26,380 bases of DNA from Candidatus Undinarchaeota archaeon. GTDB taxonomy: Archaea > SpSt-1190 > JASMDC01. Positions 17,423 to 25,561 of this stretch are shown here, in pieces (the first letter of the stretch is position 1; every line of letters starts with the position of its first letter). The stretch spans positions 1 to 26,380 of the forward strand of contig CAZFHY010000029.1 in assembly GCA_964519305.1 (NCBI GenBank). Direction: 5' to 3'. A program made the translations under genes and the position numbers. The notes beneath the pieces were generated by a model. The model worked only from the letters and a program-made list of their open reading frames with translations, searched no databases and was not told where the DNA came from.

Positions 17423-17988
17423 CACTTCAACATCCACCTCCACCCCTTCGGCGTGGGCTTGATGAGCTTGAACCGCTCCAGCACCTCAAGCTGCGCGGTG
17501 ATCGCCGTGACGGCCTCGGCGTCCCCCGGCGTCACGCCGAGCTCCTCCAGCAGCTCGTCGTGGGAGAGGTAGCCCCTCTTCATGAGGAGCCTGGGGAGCC
17601 TCTCGTCGTACTCCCTCTCGCCGGTGAAGCCCTCATCGGTGAACGATCCTGACAGCTTGAGCCTGCAGGCGCGCAGGTCGTCGTCCAGCCGCCTGACGAG
17701 CATGGCCTTCTGCCGGAGCTCCTCGCTGAGCCCCGCCTTCTCCCTCTCAAGCTCGTGGATTCGATTCACGAGCTCATCGGGGGCGACGTACTCGTCGTCG
17801 CCCCTCCTCGCGATGTAGTCGTTGATGACCCTCTGGATGAACTTCGAGAGGAAGTACCGCTTGGCCCACTCCTCCTCGGGGATGCCGGCCTCCCTCGCGG
17901 CGACCCTCGTCCAATCCACCTTCATGTCCTCCGTGGGCAGGTAGATGTTGACCGTCCTCTTTATGATCGTCTTCGTCTTGTCAGCCAA
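17422..17988 (-). CDS. Integrase-coupled putative DNA-binding protein (RHH-like N-terminus, coiled coil, C-terminal winged helix)
   Basis: RTVNIYLP..LSKFIQRVINDY; heptad RIHELEREKAGLSEELRQK; LSHDELLEELGV..LERFKLIKPTPKGWRW. Confidence 0.8.
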   Translation of the reverse strand: MADKTKTIIKRTVNIYLPTEDMKVDWTRVAAREAGIPEEEWAKRYFLSKFIQRVINDYIARRGDDEYVAPDELVNRIHELEREKAGLSEELRQKAMLVRRLDDDLRACRLKLSGSFTDEGFTGEREYDERLPRLLMKRGYLSHDELLEELGVTPGDAEAVTAITAQLEVLERFKLIKPTPKGWRWMLK

Positions 17989-18045
17989 TGCGGGACACCA
18001 CTAACTACCGTGGCGCTCCAGCTATAAATAAATTGCCATTAAAAT

Positions 18046-18133
18046 TGGTGCGGGGGACGGGATTCGAACCCGCGCAGGCACTAAGCCACAGGGCCCTCAA
18101 CCCTGCCCCTTTGGCCAGCTGGGGTACCCCCGC
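18046..18133 (-). tRNA. tRNA-Leu(GAG), CCA encoded, no intron
   Basis: GCGGGGG..CCCCCGCACCA acceptor stem; anticodon arm CAGGG-TTGAGGG-CCCTG; long variable arm; GGTTCGAATCCC T-arm. Confidence 0.96.
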
Positions 18134-18158
18134 ACTGGTTGGATTGTTGCTTCTACTA

Positions 18159-18959
18159 CTATTCCAGCGCCCTGACCCCGTCTTCGAACTCTAGGGCCTT
18201 CTTCTCCAAGATGCGCGCCGCCTCGAGAACGATGCTCTCGGGAGGGAGCTGTCCGAACGACTCCACGGTGAATACGAAAGCTGTGGGATCGCCCTTGATC
18301 GAAATCCCTCCATCTGAGGCCTCCTCGCACGCTTTGCACAGGGAGCATTCCGCTTCGTTCTTGAACGCGGGCAGACGCTTCTTGGCCACGAGGATGTTGC
18401 GGGGGCAGGCGTCGATGATGGTCTCGACCTTCCCCTCACATTTCTTCGCGTCGACCTCGATGGTCGGGAGGTATTTGTACCCGATGAGGCCGGGTTGCCA
18501 CTTCACATGGTTCCTGCCCCTCCCGAGGCGAGCGACCGCCTCAAGCTCGAGCTCTTGGTCGTTCAGGAGAGTGATAAGGGGGATGGTGGCCGTGCTCGGG
18601 GCTACGGTGGGGTCCGTGGGGACGAGGTCACCAGAGTATACCCTTTTAGGTTCGGCCTCGCCCTTGGACTTCAGCGTGAGGAAGGCCGAGCAGTTCGGGC
18701 AGCCCTCGCCGCCACACTGGCATTCCTCCGGTGGCACATAGGCCCCGAGGTCAGTCTTGAGGGGGACGAGGCCCAGGCGAAGAGCAAGAACCTCATCATA
18801 GAGAGCTGAGGAGTTCTGTACGTAGTTGACCTCCTCGATGGCCATCGTGGGGACCTCGGACTTCATAATGCGTCGGAGGGTGTTCGCGAAAACCGGATCG
18901 CTGTCCCTGAGGATGAAGACGAGCTTACGCTCATCCTTTGAGACGATCTCGACCTTCAT
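18159..18959 (-). CDS. rpoD: DNA-directed RNA polymerase subunit D (Rpo3) with Cys-rich ferredoxin-like insert
   Basis: FANTLRRIMKSEVPTMAI, NSSALYDEVLALRLGLVPL, HVKWQP, CPRNIL..CSLCKAC. ATG at 18959; syntenic with rps11. Confidence 0.97.
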   Translation of the reverse strand: MKVEIVSKDERKLVFILRDSDPVFANTLRRIMKSEVPTMAIEEVNYVQNSSALYDEVLALRLGLVPLKTDLGAYVPPEECQCGGEGCPNCSAFLTLKSKGEAEPKRVYSGDLVPTDPTVAPSTATIPLITLLNDQELELEAVARLGRGRNHVKWQPGLIGYKYLPTIEVDAKKCEGKVETIIDACPRNILVAKKRLPAFKNEAECSLCKACEEASDGGISIKGDPTAFVFTVESFGQLPPESIVLEAARILEKKALEFEDGVRALE

Positions 18960-18960
18960 C

Positions 18961-19356
18961 TCAGACCCGCCTCCCCCGTCGACCCCCGGGCTTCGTTGTC
19001 CCGTCATGGGGGATAGGGGTGACGTCCTCGATCTTACCGATCTTCAGGCCAGCGCGGGCAAGGGCCCGGATCGCGGGCTGAGCTCCTGGACCGGGATTCT
19101 TTGACCGGTGACCTCCGGGAGCGCGGACTTTTACATGCACGCCCGTGACACCCTTCTCTTTGACCGCAAGAGCGGCACGTCGAGCAGCCATCATGGCAGC
19201 ATGAGGTGAGGATTCGAGCCGGTCGGCCTTAACCTCCATGCCTCCCGAGGCCTTTGCTAGGGACTCGGCACCTGAGAGATCGGTTATGGTGATGATCGTG
19301 TTGTTGAACGAGGCGAATATGTGGGCAACGGCCCAGCGCTCCTTCTCTCCTGCCAT
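18961..19356 (-). CDS. rps11: 30S ribosomal protein S11
   Basis: [50 protein letters not shown]. Confidence 0.98.
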   Translation of the reverse strand: MAGEKERWAVAHIFASFNNTIITITDLSGAESLAKASGGMEVKADRLESSPHAAMMAARRAALAVKEKGVTGVHVKVRAPGGHRSKNPGPGAQPAIRALARAGLKIGKIEDVTPIPHDGTTKPGGRRGRRV

Positions 19357-19922
19357 TAGGCCTTCACCTCCTCGGGTGCCTCGCTCTCAGGCTTGGACTC
19401 GGTCCGGGCCTGTACGACACGCTCAACATGGTTAGGATCGGACATCTTGGATGTGTGGTAGAAACCAATCTTGGCCACCTCATCACGTCGCACCAGGTAA
19501 CTCGGGCTAGTGATTCGCCTACCGAAAAGAGTGATGTGACCGTGGTTTATGAACTGGCGCGCCTGCTTCATGCTGCGGGCAAGCCCTTTCTTGTAAACGA
19601 CCGTCTGGAGACGGCGGTCCATAATGCTCTCTGCCGTGAGAGCAAGGATGTCGTCGGTCGTGGCGTCATCCCCCACGATACCGAGCTTCATAACAGTGTC
19701 CATCAGCTCCTTCTCCAAGCGCTTGGCGTTCTCACCGCGGGCAGCGATGAGATTGCGAGCCCGTGCCCTTAGGCGTCGTACCAATGTCTGCACACGCCAC
19801 ACTTCGCGCTTGTTCTTGAGCCCGTAAGTGCGCTTGATCTGGGCTTCCTCCTCAAGCCTTCCCTTTTTCCAAGGGTGCTGAGGGGTTTCATACATCTTCC
19901 TCGTCTTCTTGGGATCGCCCAT
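19356..19922 (-). CDS. rps4: 30S ribosomal protein S4
   Basis: [51 protein letters not shown]. Confidence 0.98.
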   Translation of the reverse strand: MGDPKKTRKMYETPQHPWKKGRLEEEAQIKRTYGLKNKREVWRVQTLVRRLRARARNLIAARGENAKRLEKELMDTVMKLGIVGDDATTDDILALTAESIMDRRLQTVVYKKGLARSMKQARQFINHGHITLFGRRITSPSYLVRRDEVAKIGFYHTSKMSDPNHVERVVQARTESKPESEAPEEVKA

Positions 19923-19932
19923 GGTCAGTCAC

Positions 19933-20400
19933 CTACTTTTTCGTGCCCGGCTGCACCTTGCGCCGGACGACTCCGATGGCCTTACCCTTGCGGAAGGATG
20001 CCTTCGTCCGCTGGCCCCTGCATGGGAGGCCGAAGCGGTGCCTGCTCCCGCGGTAAGAACGGATGCGCTGTAGCCGGTTGATATCCTCTCTCTTCCTGAG
20101 ATCGAGATCGGAGGTCACCAAATGCATATTGTCACCCGTAGCGAAGTCCCGGTTCCGGTTAAGGAGCCAGTCCGGGATGCCATATTTGCTAGGGTTCTTG
20201 ATGATTCCCTCGATTTTTTCGATCTGCTCGTTGGAGAGGTCACCGACCTTGATATCCTTGTCGAGCTTGGAGACATGGATAACCGCAGTAGCGTACCCGT
20301 GGCCAATCCCCTTGATGCCCATGAGAGCGGGGATGAGCTTTCGGTTCCCTGCTATATCCATGCCGACGATCCTAACTATGTGTCTGAACTCGGTAGCCAT
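19933..20400 (-). CDS. rps13: 30S ribosomal protein S13
   Basis: FRHIVRIVGMDI..IKGIG..IPDWLLNR..YRGSRHRFGLPCRGQRTK; ATG at 20400. Confidence 0.98.
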   Translation of the reverse strand: MATEFRHIVRIVGMDIAGNRKLIPALMGIKGIGHGYATAVIHVSKLDKDIKVGDLSNEQIEKIEGIIKNPSKYGIPDWLLNRNRDFATGDNMHLVTSDLDLRKREDINRLQRIRSYRGSRHRFGLPCRGQRTKASFRKGKAIGVVRRKVQPGTKK

Positions 20401-20440
20401 TGTTGACACCGTAACGGTTTTGGAGCCTAGATGCGGCGAG

Positions 20441-20455
20441 TTTAAAAAAGTTTCG
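20441..20455 (-). promoter_or_regulatory. BRE/TATA promoter of the rps13 operon, overlapping the aroK stop codon
   Basis: Minus strand reads cgaaac-TTTTTTAAA about 40 bp upstream of the rps13 ATG. Confidence 0.6.
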
Positions 20456-21305
20456 ATGACGGGACCGCAATTCTGGTTTTTTCGTAATTGAATGCGACCA
20501 CACTGACCTCACCCTCATACGCACGGAACGCCTCAACTACCTGGTGGGCCCCCTCCTTACGTGCCAGCGCCACAAAGGCAGAACCCGTTCCGCTCAGACT
20601 AGCGCCGAGGGCCCCAGCGTTCAGGGCTTCTTCCATGGGTGACGAATCGATGTTCAATGCCTCGCACACAAGCCGGCCGTTAAGGGTCATACCGCGAGCA
20701 GGATCCTTTAGCGTAATTTCCCAGGCGTTCCGGGCCCGGGACGCCAAACGGCGGAGTGCCTCCACGTCGGTGGCGGCCGTTGGGCTCGGCTCGGGGGGGA
20801 TGAGCACGACGGCCACAGCGTCTGAAGGGAGCTCTAACGCCGTCACCATCTTACGTTGCAGATTGTCCGTGGCAACAGCGCCTCCGAAGTACGATGCATG
20901 AGCGTCGTCCAAGGCACCGGTCACCGATACTCCCATCGCAATCGAGATATCGATGGCCGCATCAAGCACTGCAGAATCATCTGGATCCGCTCCGGCCGCG
21001 ACAGTGGCCGCTAGTACCGCGGCATTTGAGACTGCCGAACTTGAGGAGAGCCCGCGGGCCACGGGGACTGAAGATATCACCTCCACCCTTGCACCTGCAC
21101 GACACTCCACCCTCGCGAACGTATCGGACACGCATCGATGGACCAGATCCGGATTAGTCTCACAGGTGATCTCTAATGGGGCATCGATGTCCGTGAGCTC
21201 CACGGTCACCGCTAAAGGGAGATCGAGGGAGAATGCCGCACCGCGGCCACATGGGATAGCGTTCACCAAGGTCGCTGATCCATGAGTGATCGCCGTAATC
21301 TTCAC
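20442..21305 (-). CDS. aroK: Archaeal shikimate kinase (GHMP superfamily)
   Basis: HGSATLVNAIPCGRGAA, PVARGLSSSSA, GVSVTGALDDAHASYFGG..TDN, ASLSGTG; overlaps the aroE stop. Confidence 0.93.
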   Translation of the reverse strand: MKITAITHGSATLVNAIPCGRGAAFSLDLPLAVTVELTDIDAPLEITCETNPDLVHRCVSDTFARVECRAGARVEVISSVPVARGLSSSSAVSNAAVLAATVAAGADPDDSAVLDAAIDISIAMGVSVTGALDDAHASYFGGAVATDNLQRKMVTALELPSDAVAVVLIPPEPSPTAATDVEALRRLASRARNAWEITLKDPARGMTLNGRLVCEALNIDSSPMEEALNAGALGASLSGTGSAFVALARKEGAHQVVEAFRAYEGEVSVVAFNYEKTRIAVPSSKLF

Positions 21306-22147
21306 AGTTCCCCTCTCCTTTCAAGAGCTCTCACGAGCCCGCCCTCCATCACTTCAAGCGAAGCTGGCTTTCCAGTCCATAGCCTGAACGATTCGGCCCC
21401 CTGGTGAATGAGCATGCGAGTACCCGGGACGGTGACCGCCCCCGCATCCTCGGCCTCACGCAGGAGCCTCGTATGGAGTGGATTGTAAACACAGTCGAGC
21501 ACCGTCATCCCTGGATGGAAAGCATCGGAGGGTAAGGGTGAACGGTCCTCCCCCATGCCTACCGTGGTGGCGTTCACAACAACATCACAAGCATGCACAC
21601 GGCGCACCGCTTCCCTGTCAAGCAAGGATCCTGTCTCGACACCGCGGGCGGGATTCAAGGAGGTCGCGAGCTCCTCTGCATTAGAGAGAGTTCGGTTCAG
21701 GATAAGGAGGGACACATCCCTTGGTGCCAATGCATGACAAATGGCCGTTGCCGTACCGCCGGCACCGAGCACGACCACGGAGCGACCGTCCAGAGAGGTG
21801 GCCTCCTCAAGGGCGGAGATGGCCCCTTTGCCATCTGTGTTGTGTCCAACGAGCTCTCCGCTCTCGGCGACGACCGTGTTCACAGCACCGCTCTCGGCTG
21901 CAGATGGCGCCAATCTGTCGAGGTATTTGATTATATCTCGTTTGAGCGGGGTCGTGACATTGGCACCGACGATTCCCAATCCCTTCAGGCCGCGCACGGC
22001 GTTCCCGAGCCGTTCGCGCGGTACCTGGAACCGCAGGTATCGCAAGTCAAGCCCCAGATGGGCGAAGGCCGCGTTATGCATGTCAGGTGAGAGGGAGTGC
22101 TCCACGGGATCCCCGATAACGAACACGTAGCCGGTCATCCCGGCCAA
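21302..22147 (-). CDS. aroE: Shikimate dehydrogenase
   Basis: IGDPVEHSLSPDMHN, GANVTTPLK, GAVNT, GHNTDG, GAGGTA, NRT, NATTVGM, MLIHQG. Start TTG 22147 or ATG 22138. Confidence 0.96.
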   Translation of the reverse strand: MAGMTGYVFVIGDPVEHSLSPDMHNAAFAHLGLDLRYLRFQVPRERLGNAVRGLKGLGIVGANVTTPLKRDIIKYLDRLAPSAAESGAVNTVVAESGELVGHNTDGKGAISALEEATSLDGRSVVVLGAGGTATAICHALAPRDVSLLILNRTLSNAEELATSLNPARGVETGSLLDREAVRRVHACDVVVNATTVGMGEDRSPLPSDAFHPGMTVLDCVYNPLHTRLLREAEDAGAVTVPGTRMLIHQGAESFRLWTGKPASLEVMEGGLVRALERRGEL

Positions 22148-22149
22148 CC

Positions 22150-22503
22150 CTACGCGAACCTTTGTGAATGGAGATTCGAGGAGATGCCTGCTCGCTCCAC
22201 ACGCCAGCGGATAGCCTCGAGATGGATGAACTTATTCCCGATGACGCTCTTCACTTTTTTAAGGAGGCTGTTGATGACCTGCTTCATCATATCATATGTG
22301 AGGGCTTCTTTCGGGGTGACCACAACAAGGATCGACTCGCAAGTGGCCTCGATAACATCCACCACGATGAAGTCCTTTATGTCCTCGGTGATCTCGAACG
22401 AGTCGATGACCTCGGCGACATCGAGCATCTCGTTGACCGAAAGGCCGCTCGTCTTGATGATGAGCTCGAACGGATGCTTGCGATAGGTATCATCTGAGTC
22501 CAT
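22150..22503 (-). CDS. Hypothetical acidic alpha/beta protein heading the aroE-aroK operon
   Basis: 117 aa; stop 2 bp before the aroE TTG; CTTTTTATCT box about 25 bp upstream. Confidence 0.7.
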   Translation of the reverse strand: MDSDDTYRKHPFELIIKTSGLSVNEMLDVAEVIDSFEITEDIKDFIVVDVIEATCESILVVVTPKEALTYDMMKQVINSLLKKVKSVIGNKFIHLEAIRWRVERAGISSNLHSQRFA

Positions 22504-22558
22504 GAGATATCACATTATCGGGATAAAGATAAAAAGATGTGGAGGGGGTGCGTGAACG

Positions 22559-24790
22559 ATGCGAACGCGAGCCCTCCTCCTTTTGATAGTACTTCTTCTG
22601 GTCATGAGCCCCGTCGTGGCAGAGGAGTACGCGATCAACGCCTATTCTCCCATGTCGTCCGTAGCGGTGTTCGTGCTCTGGGTGCTGGTGTTCTTTCTGG
22701 TGCTTGTCTACTGCGACGAGATCCGCCGAGCCACCCTTGCGCGCGTATGGTCGCTCGCCACCAGTGGGCAGGTGCTGTTCCTTGTTGGGCTTACGATAAT
22801 CCAGGCATCCTATCTGTCGATACCGTTGAGCGCCTACGAGCCTTGGATCGCCCTCAATCCCGTCCCGACCGCCGTAAGGCTCCTGTTCATCTTTTCAGTT
22901 GTAATATCTGGCCTCCTATTCCTCGTTGAGTGGTCACGCATATTCTCGCTCTCACCACGCATCATGGCTGTACGGAACCTGGGTTTCCTCCCCATTGCAG
23001 TTGTGTTGGCGGCCCTGGCCTTCGCCTTCCCCTTCCTTGATCTCCCGAACGTAGGTCTCGAACCTCGGACCATGACCTTCCCCATCATCGCATGCGCGGC
23101 GTTCCTTGCCTTGAATGCTTACTTCACCCTCACAGGGTATTTCCTATTGACGCGTGTCCGCGTTCTCTCGCGGTTCAAGTGGATGGTTGGTTATTCGGTC
23201 CTGCTCACATGCCTTATGATCGTGATGATTGGCGAGTACGTGGCAACTCCTGAGGGTATGCGCGTCGCCGTGTACGCGCCCATCGTTTTCCCTCTCTTTA
23301 CGGGTACCCTCATCCTACTCATAGGCTACGTGCTCCATCTTCAAGCGATGCAGCTTTTCGTCAAGGCCTTGCTCCCTCAGAGTACTGAACAGGAGGTCTC
23401 CGAGATCGAGGGTGAACTAGCGCTTGAGGTCATAACTTACCTTGCAGGTCGCTTCATCAGCGAGGCACCGATAGAGGGCATGCTCATTAAAGCGGTCCGG
23501 GACGAGCCCGCTCTTGCACAGCTCAAGTACGACCGGGAAAAGCGTTGTCTAAAGACCAAGGGTCTTGACACGTCCTCCGAAGCGGTCCTAGTTGGGCTCA
23601 CCGACCTCTACCAGACCCTGTTCGATAGCATCGTCAGGTTCCACCCGCCGGTCGTGGACGAGGACTATACCGAGGATTCACTGAAGGCTCGACTTCTGAA
23701 GCGTTTCAGCGAACAGATCGAGGAACTCCCTCCCAAGATCACAGGGCACCTTCTACCCCGCTCTCGTGTACTAATGACCGCTTTCCAGGAGACCATGGAC
23801 GCCCTTCTTTCCGCTCTTCCATTAGAGGCAGGGTTCAGCACGGCCGTTGCCGACAAGGCACATGAGGCGTGGGAGGGCGAGTTCTTCGAACATGTGGACA
23901 GCGGTCTTGCTTTCGATGCTGAAGGTTTCTTCAAAGAACTCGAAGAGGAAGGGCAGGACGAGGAAGAGATTGTGGACGTTGCCATTCAGAAGTATCTCAA
24001 AGCACACCGTGTGATGTTCGCACCAATAACGCGGCTCATTGATCACAAGCACCTGAAAGCTCTCCTTGAGGAACATGTTCGTAAGGTTGTCGAGAAACCA
24101 CTTTATCGGGCGGCCGATGTCTCGGAGCTCCTGCTCAACGCCTATTTCGCACGTGATCACAGTTGGGGCCTCCAGGAACTGGAGACGGAGATTGGCAGGC
24201 TCCATGCAGGATATCTTACATTATTGGCGGCAGATCCCGGCTTTCCCAAAGAGCGCTTCTGTGCTGCCTTCCTTGCTGAGAACCTCGAGCATTACCGTAA
24301 CGCTCTATGGGTGACACAGGCGAAGCACGCCGTGCTGACCGAGTTCATCTCAGCCTATCTGCCGGCCGAGGCCCTGCTGAATGAGAACGCCCTGAAGCTG
24401 ATGCGCATTGATGCGACAATCGAGGGCGTAACAGAAATCGGCACTAATGTCTATAGAGTGGGCGATCGATTCGCGGACATTGAGTGGAGCGTGAAGAAAG
24501 CGCTGGAGAGCTTTCCTCCTTCCGGTGTATGCACCGTCCTCTCCTTACCGGTACCACTTCTCCAGAAGGAACCTCTGGAACTCTACAGGTTCACTAGTGC
24601 CCTCAAGAGCTTGAGCGAGACCTATAATGTCACCTTCATCCTTGAGGTCAACAACGAACTGTGCGACGATCGGTCCTTCGCCGTTCTGTCCGACCTCAGC
24701 GAGGTTGTGATCGAGGCGAAACGGGATGGTCGGATCAAAGCTCAGATTGTGGGGACAACCAAGGAATCTTACGCTTCCCTCACCCTTTAA
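22559..24790 (+). CDS. Multi-pass membrane protein (signal peptide plus about 7 TM helices) with helical cytoplasmic region and C-terminal degenerate KaiC/RAD55-like domain
   Basis: Hydrophobic segments within about aa 1-265. C-terminal SWGLQELETEIGRLHAGYLTLLAADPGFPKERF..LSDLSEVVIE follows the KaiC/RAD55 pattern with a broken P-loop. Confidence 0.75.
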   Translation: MRTRALLLLIVLLLVMSPVVAEEYAINAYSPMSSVAVFVLWVLVFFLVLVYCDEIRRATLARVWSLATSGQVLFLVGLTIIQASYLSIPLSAYEPWIALNPVPTAVRLLFIFSVVISGLLFLVEWSRIFSLSPRIMAVRNLGFLPIAVVLAALAFAFPFLDLPNVGLEPRTMTFPIIACAAFLALNAYFTLTGYFLLTRVRVLSRFKWMVGYSVLLTCLMIVMIGEYVATPEGMRVAVYAPIVFPLFTGTLILLIGYVLHLQAMQLFVKALLPQSTEQEVSEIEGELALEVITYLAGRFISEAPIEGMLIKAVRDEPALAQLKYDREKRCLKTKGLDTSSEAVLVGLTDLYQTLFDSIVRFHPPVVDEDYTEDSLKARLLKRFSEQIEELPPKITGHLLPRSRVLMTAFQETMDALLSALPLEAGFSTAVADKAHEAWEGEFFEHVDSGLAFDAEGFFKELEEEGQDEEEIVDVAIQKYLKAHRVMFAPITRLIDHKHLKALLEEHVRKVVEKPLYRAADVSELLLNAYFARDHSWGLQELETEIGRLHAGYLTLLAADPGFPKERFCAAFLAENLEHYRNALWVTQAKHAVLTEFISAYLPAEALLNENALKLMRIDATIEGVTEIGTNVYRVGDRFADIEWSVKKALESFPPSGVCTVLSLPVPLLQKEPLELYRFTSALKSLSETYNVTFILEVNNELCDDRSFAVLSDLSEVVIEAKRDGRIKAQIVGTTKESYASLTL

Positions 24791-24816
24791 CGGTTGCTGG
24801 GCCCCCTCGCCGTATA

Positions 24817-24824
24817 TTTATATA
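24817..24824 (+). promoter_or_regulatory. TATA box for the KaiC-like operon
   Basis: TTTATATA about 24 bp before ATG 24848. Confidence 0.65.
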
Positions 24825-24847
24825 ATATGTCATAGTTGGCTGGGCCG

Positions 24848-25561
24848 ATGAGCTATACCTTGGGCTTGGGCCCGCTCGATGCTGTAGTGGGTGAGGTGCC
24901 TGGCGGCTCGAACATGGTCATATTGGGCCCCCCCATGAGCCATAAATCAGAAGTAGCAAAGATCCTCATGCACCGGGCACTGGAGCGTGAGGAAGGTGTC
25001 ATCTACATAAGTACGAACGATACGGGTGAGAAGCTCCTCGACTGGTTCGATGCCAACGGCCTCGACCTAGAGCCTCATGTTGAACGTTTCGGTATTATCG
25101 ACTGTGTATCAGCATCTGTGAACGTCGGTCTGAGTGGTCCTGTCCACACATCCATCCGTCAGGTCAACGGTCCAATGGACATGGCAGGCATGACGATCGA
25201 GGTCACCGACCTCCTCAATACCTTGTGGCGGAAGCAGAATATCTCGAAAGTCTGGATCTTCGTGGACTCCTTGTCCATTATCCTCATGTATGCCAATCTC
25301 CCCACAGTGTTCCGATTCCTGCACGTGCTATCCAGCACCGTGAGGAAGATAGATGCCATGGGCGTGTTTATTGTCGAGGAAGGGATGCATGATGAGCAGA
25401 GCATAGTCACTATCAACCAGCTCGTGCAGGGAGTCATTGAGATACGTAAGGAAAGTGACGCTAAGGAAATGCGCGTTGTAGGCCTTCGATCCACGCCGTC
25501 CGAATGGTACAAGTATAATGTCCAGAGCGGTAACATCCAGTTCATGGAGGAGGGTCCGTGA
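24848..25561 (+). CDS. KaiC/RAD55-like RecA-superfamily protein with non-canonical Walker A
   Basis: LGLGPLDAVVGEVPGGSNMVILGPPMSHKS, IIDCVS, IFVDSLS, FRFLHVL, EGMHDE..LVQGVIE. Confidence 0.88.
   Translation: MSYTLGLGPLDAVVGEVPGGSNMVILGPPMSHKSEVAKILMHRALEREEGVIYISTNDTGEKLLDWFDANGLDLEPHVERFGIIDCVSASVNVGLSGPVHTSIRQVNGPMDMAGMTIEVTDLLNTLWRKQNISKVWIFVDSLSIILMYANLPTVFRFLHVLSSTVRKIDAMGVFIVEEGMHDEQSIVTINQLVQGVIEIRKESDAKEMRVVGLRSTPSEWYKYNVQSGNIQFMEEGP

Larger units (their letters stand above)
13010..18045. mobile_element. Putative integrative element or remnant at the tRNA-Leu 3' end; left boundary undefined
   Basis: Integrase operon begins 58 bp past the tRNA 3' end and the cargo is mostly DNA-binding orphans. 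No att duplication found in the window. Confidence 0.55.
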
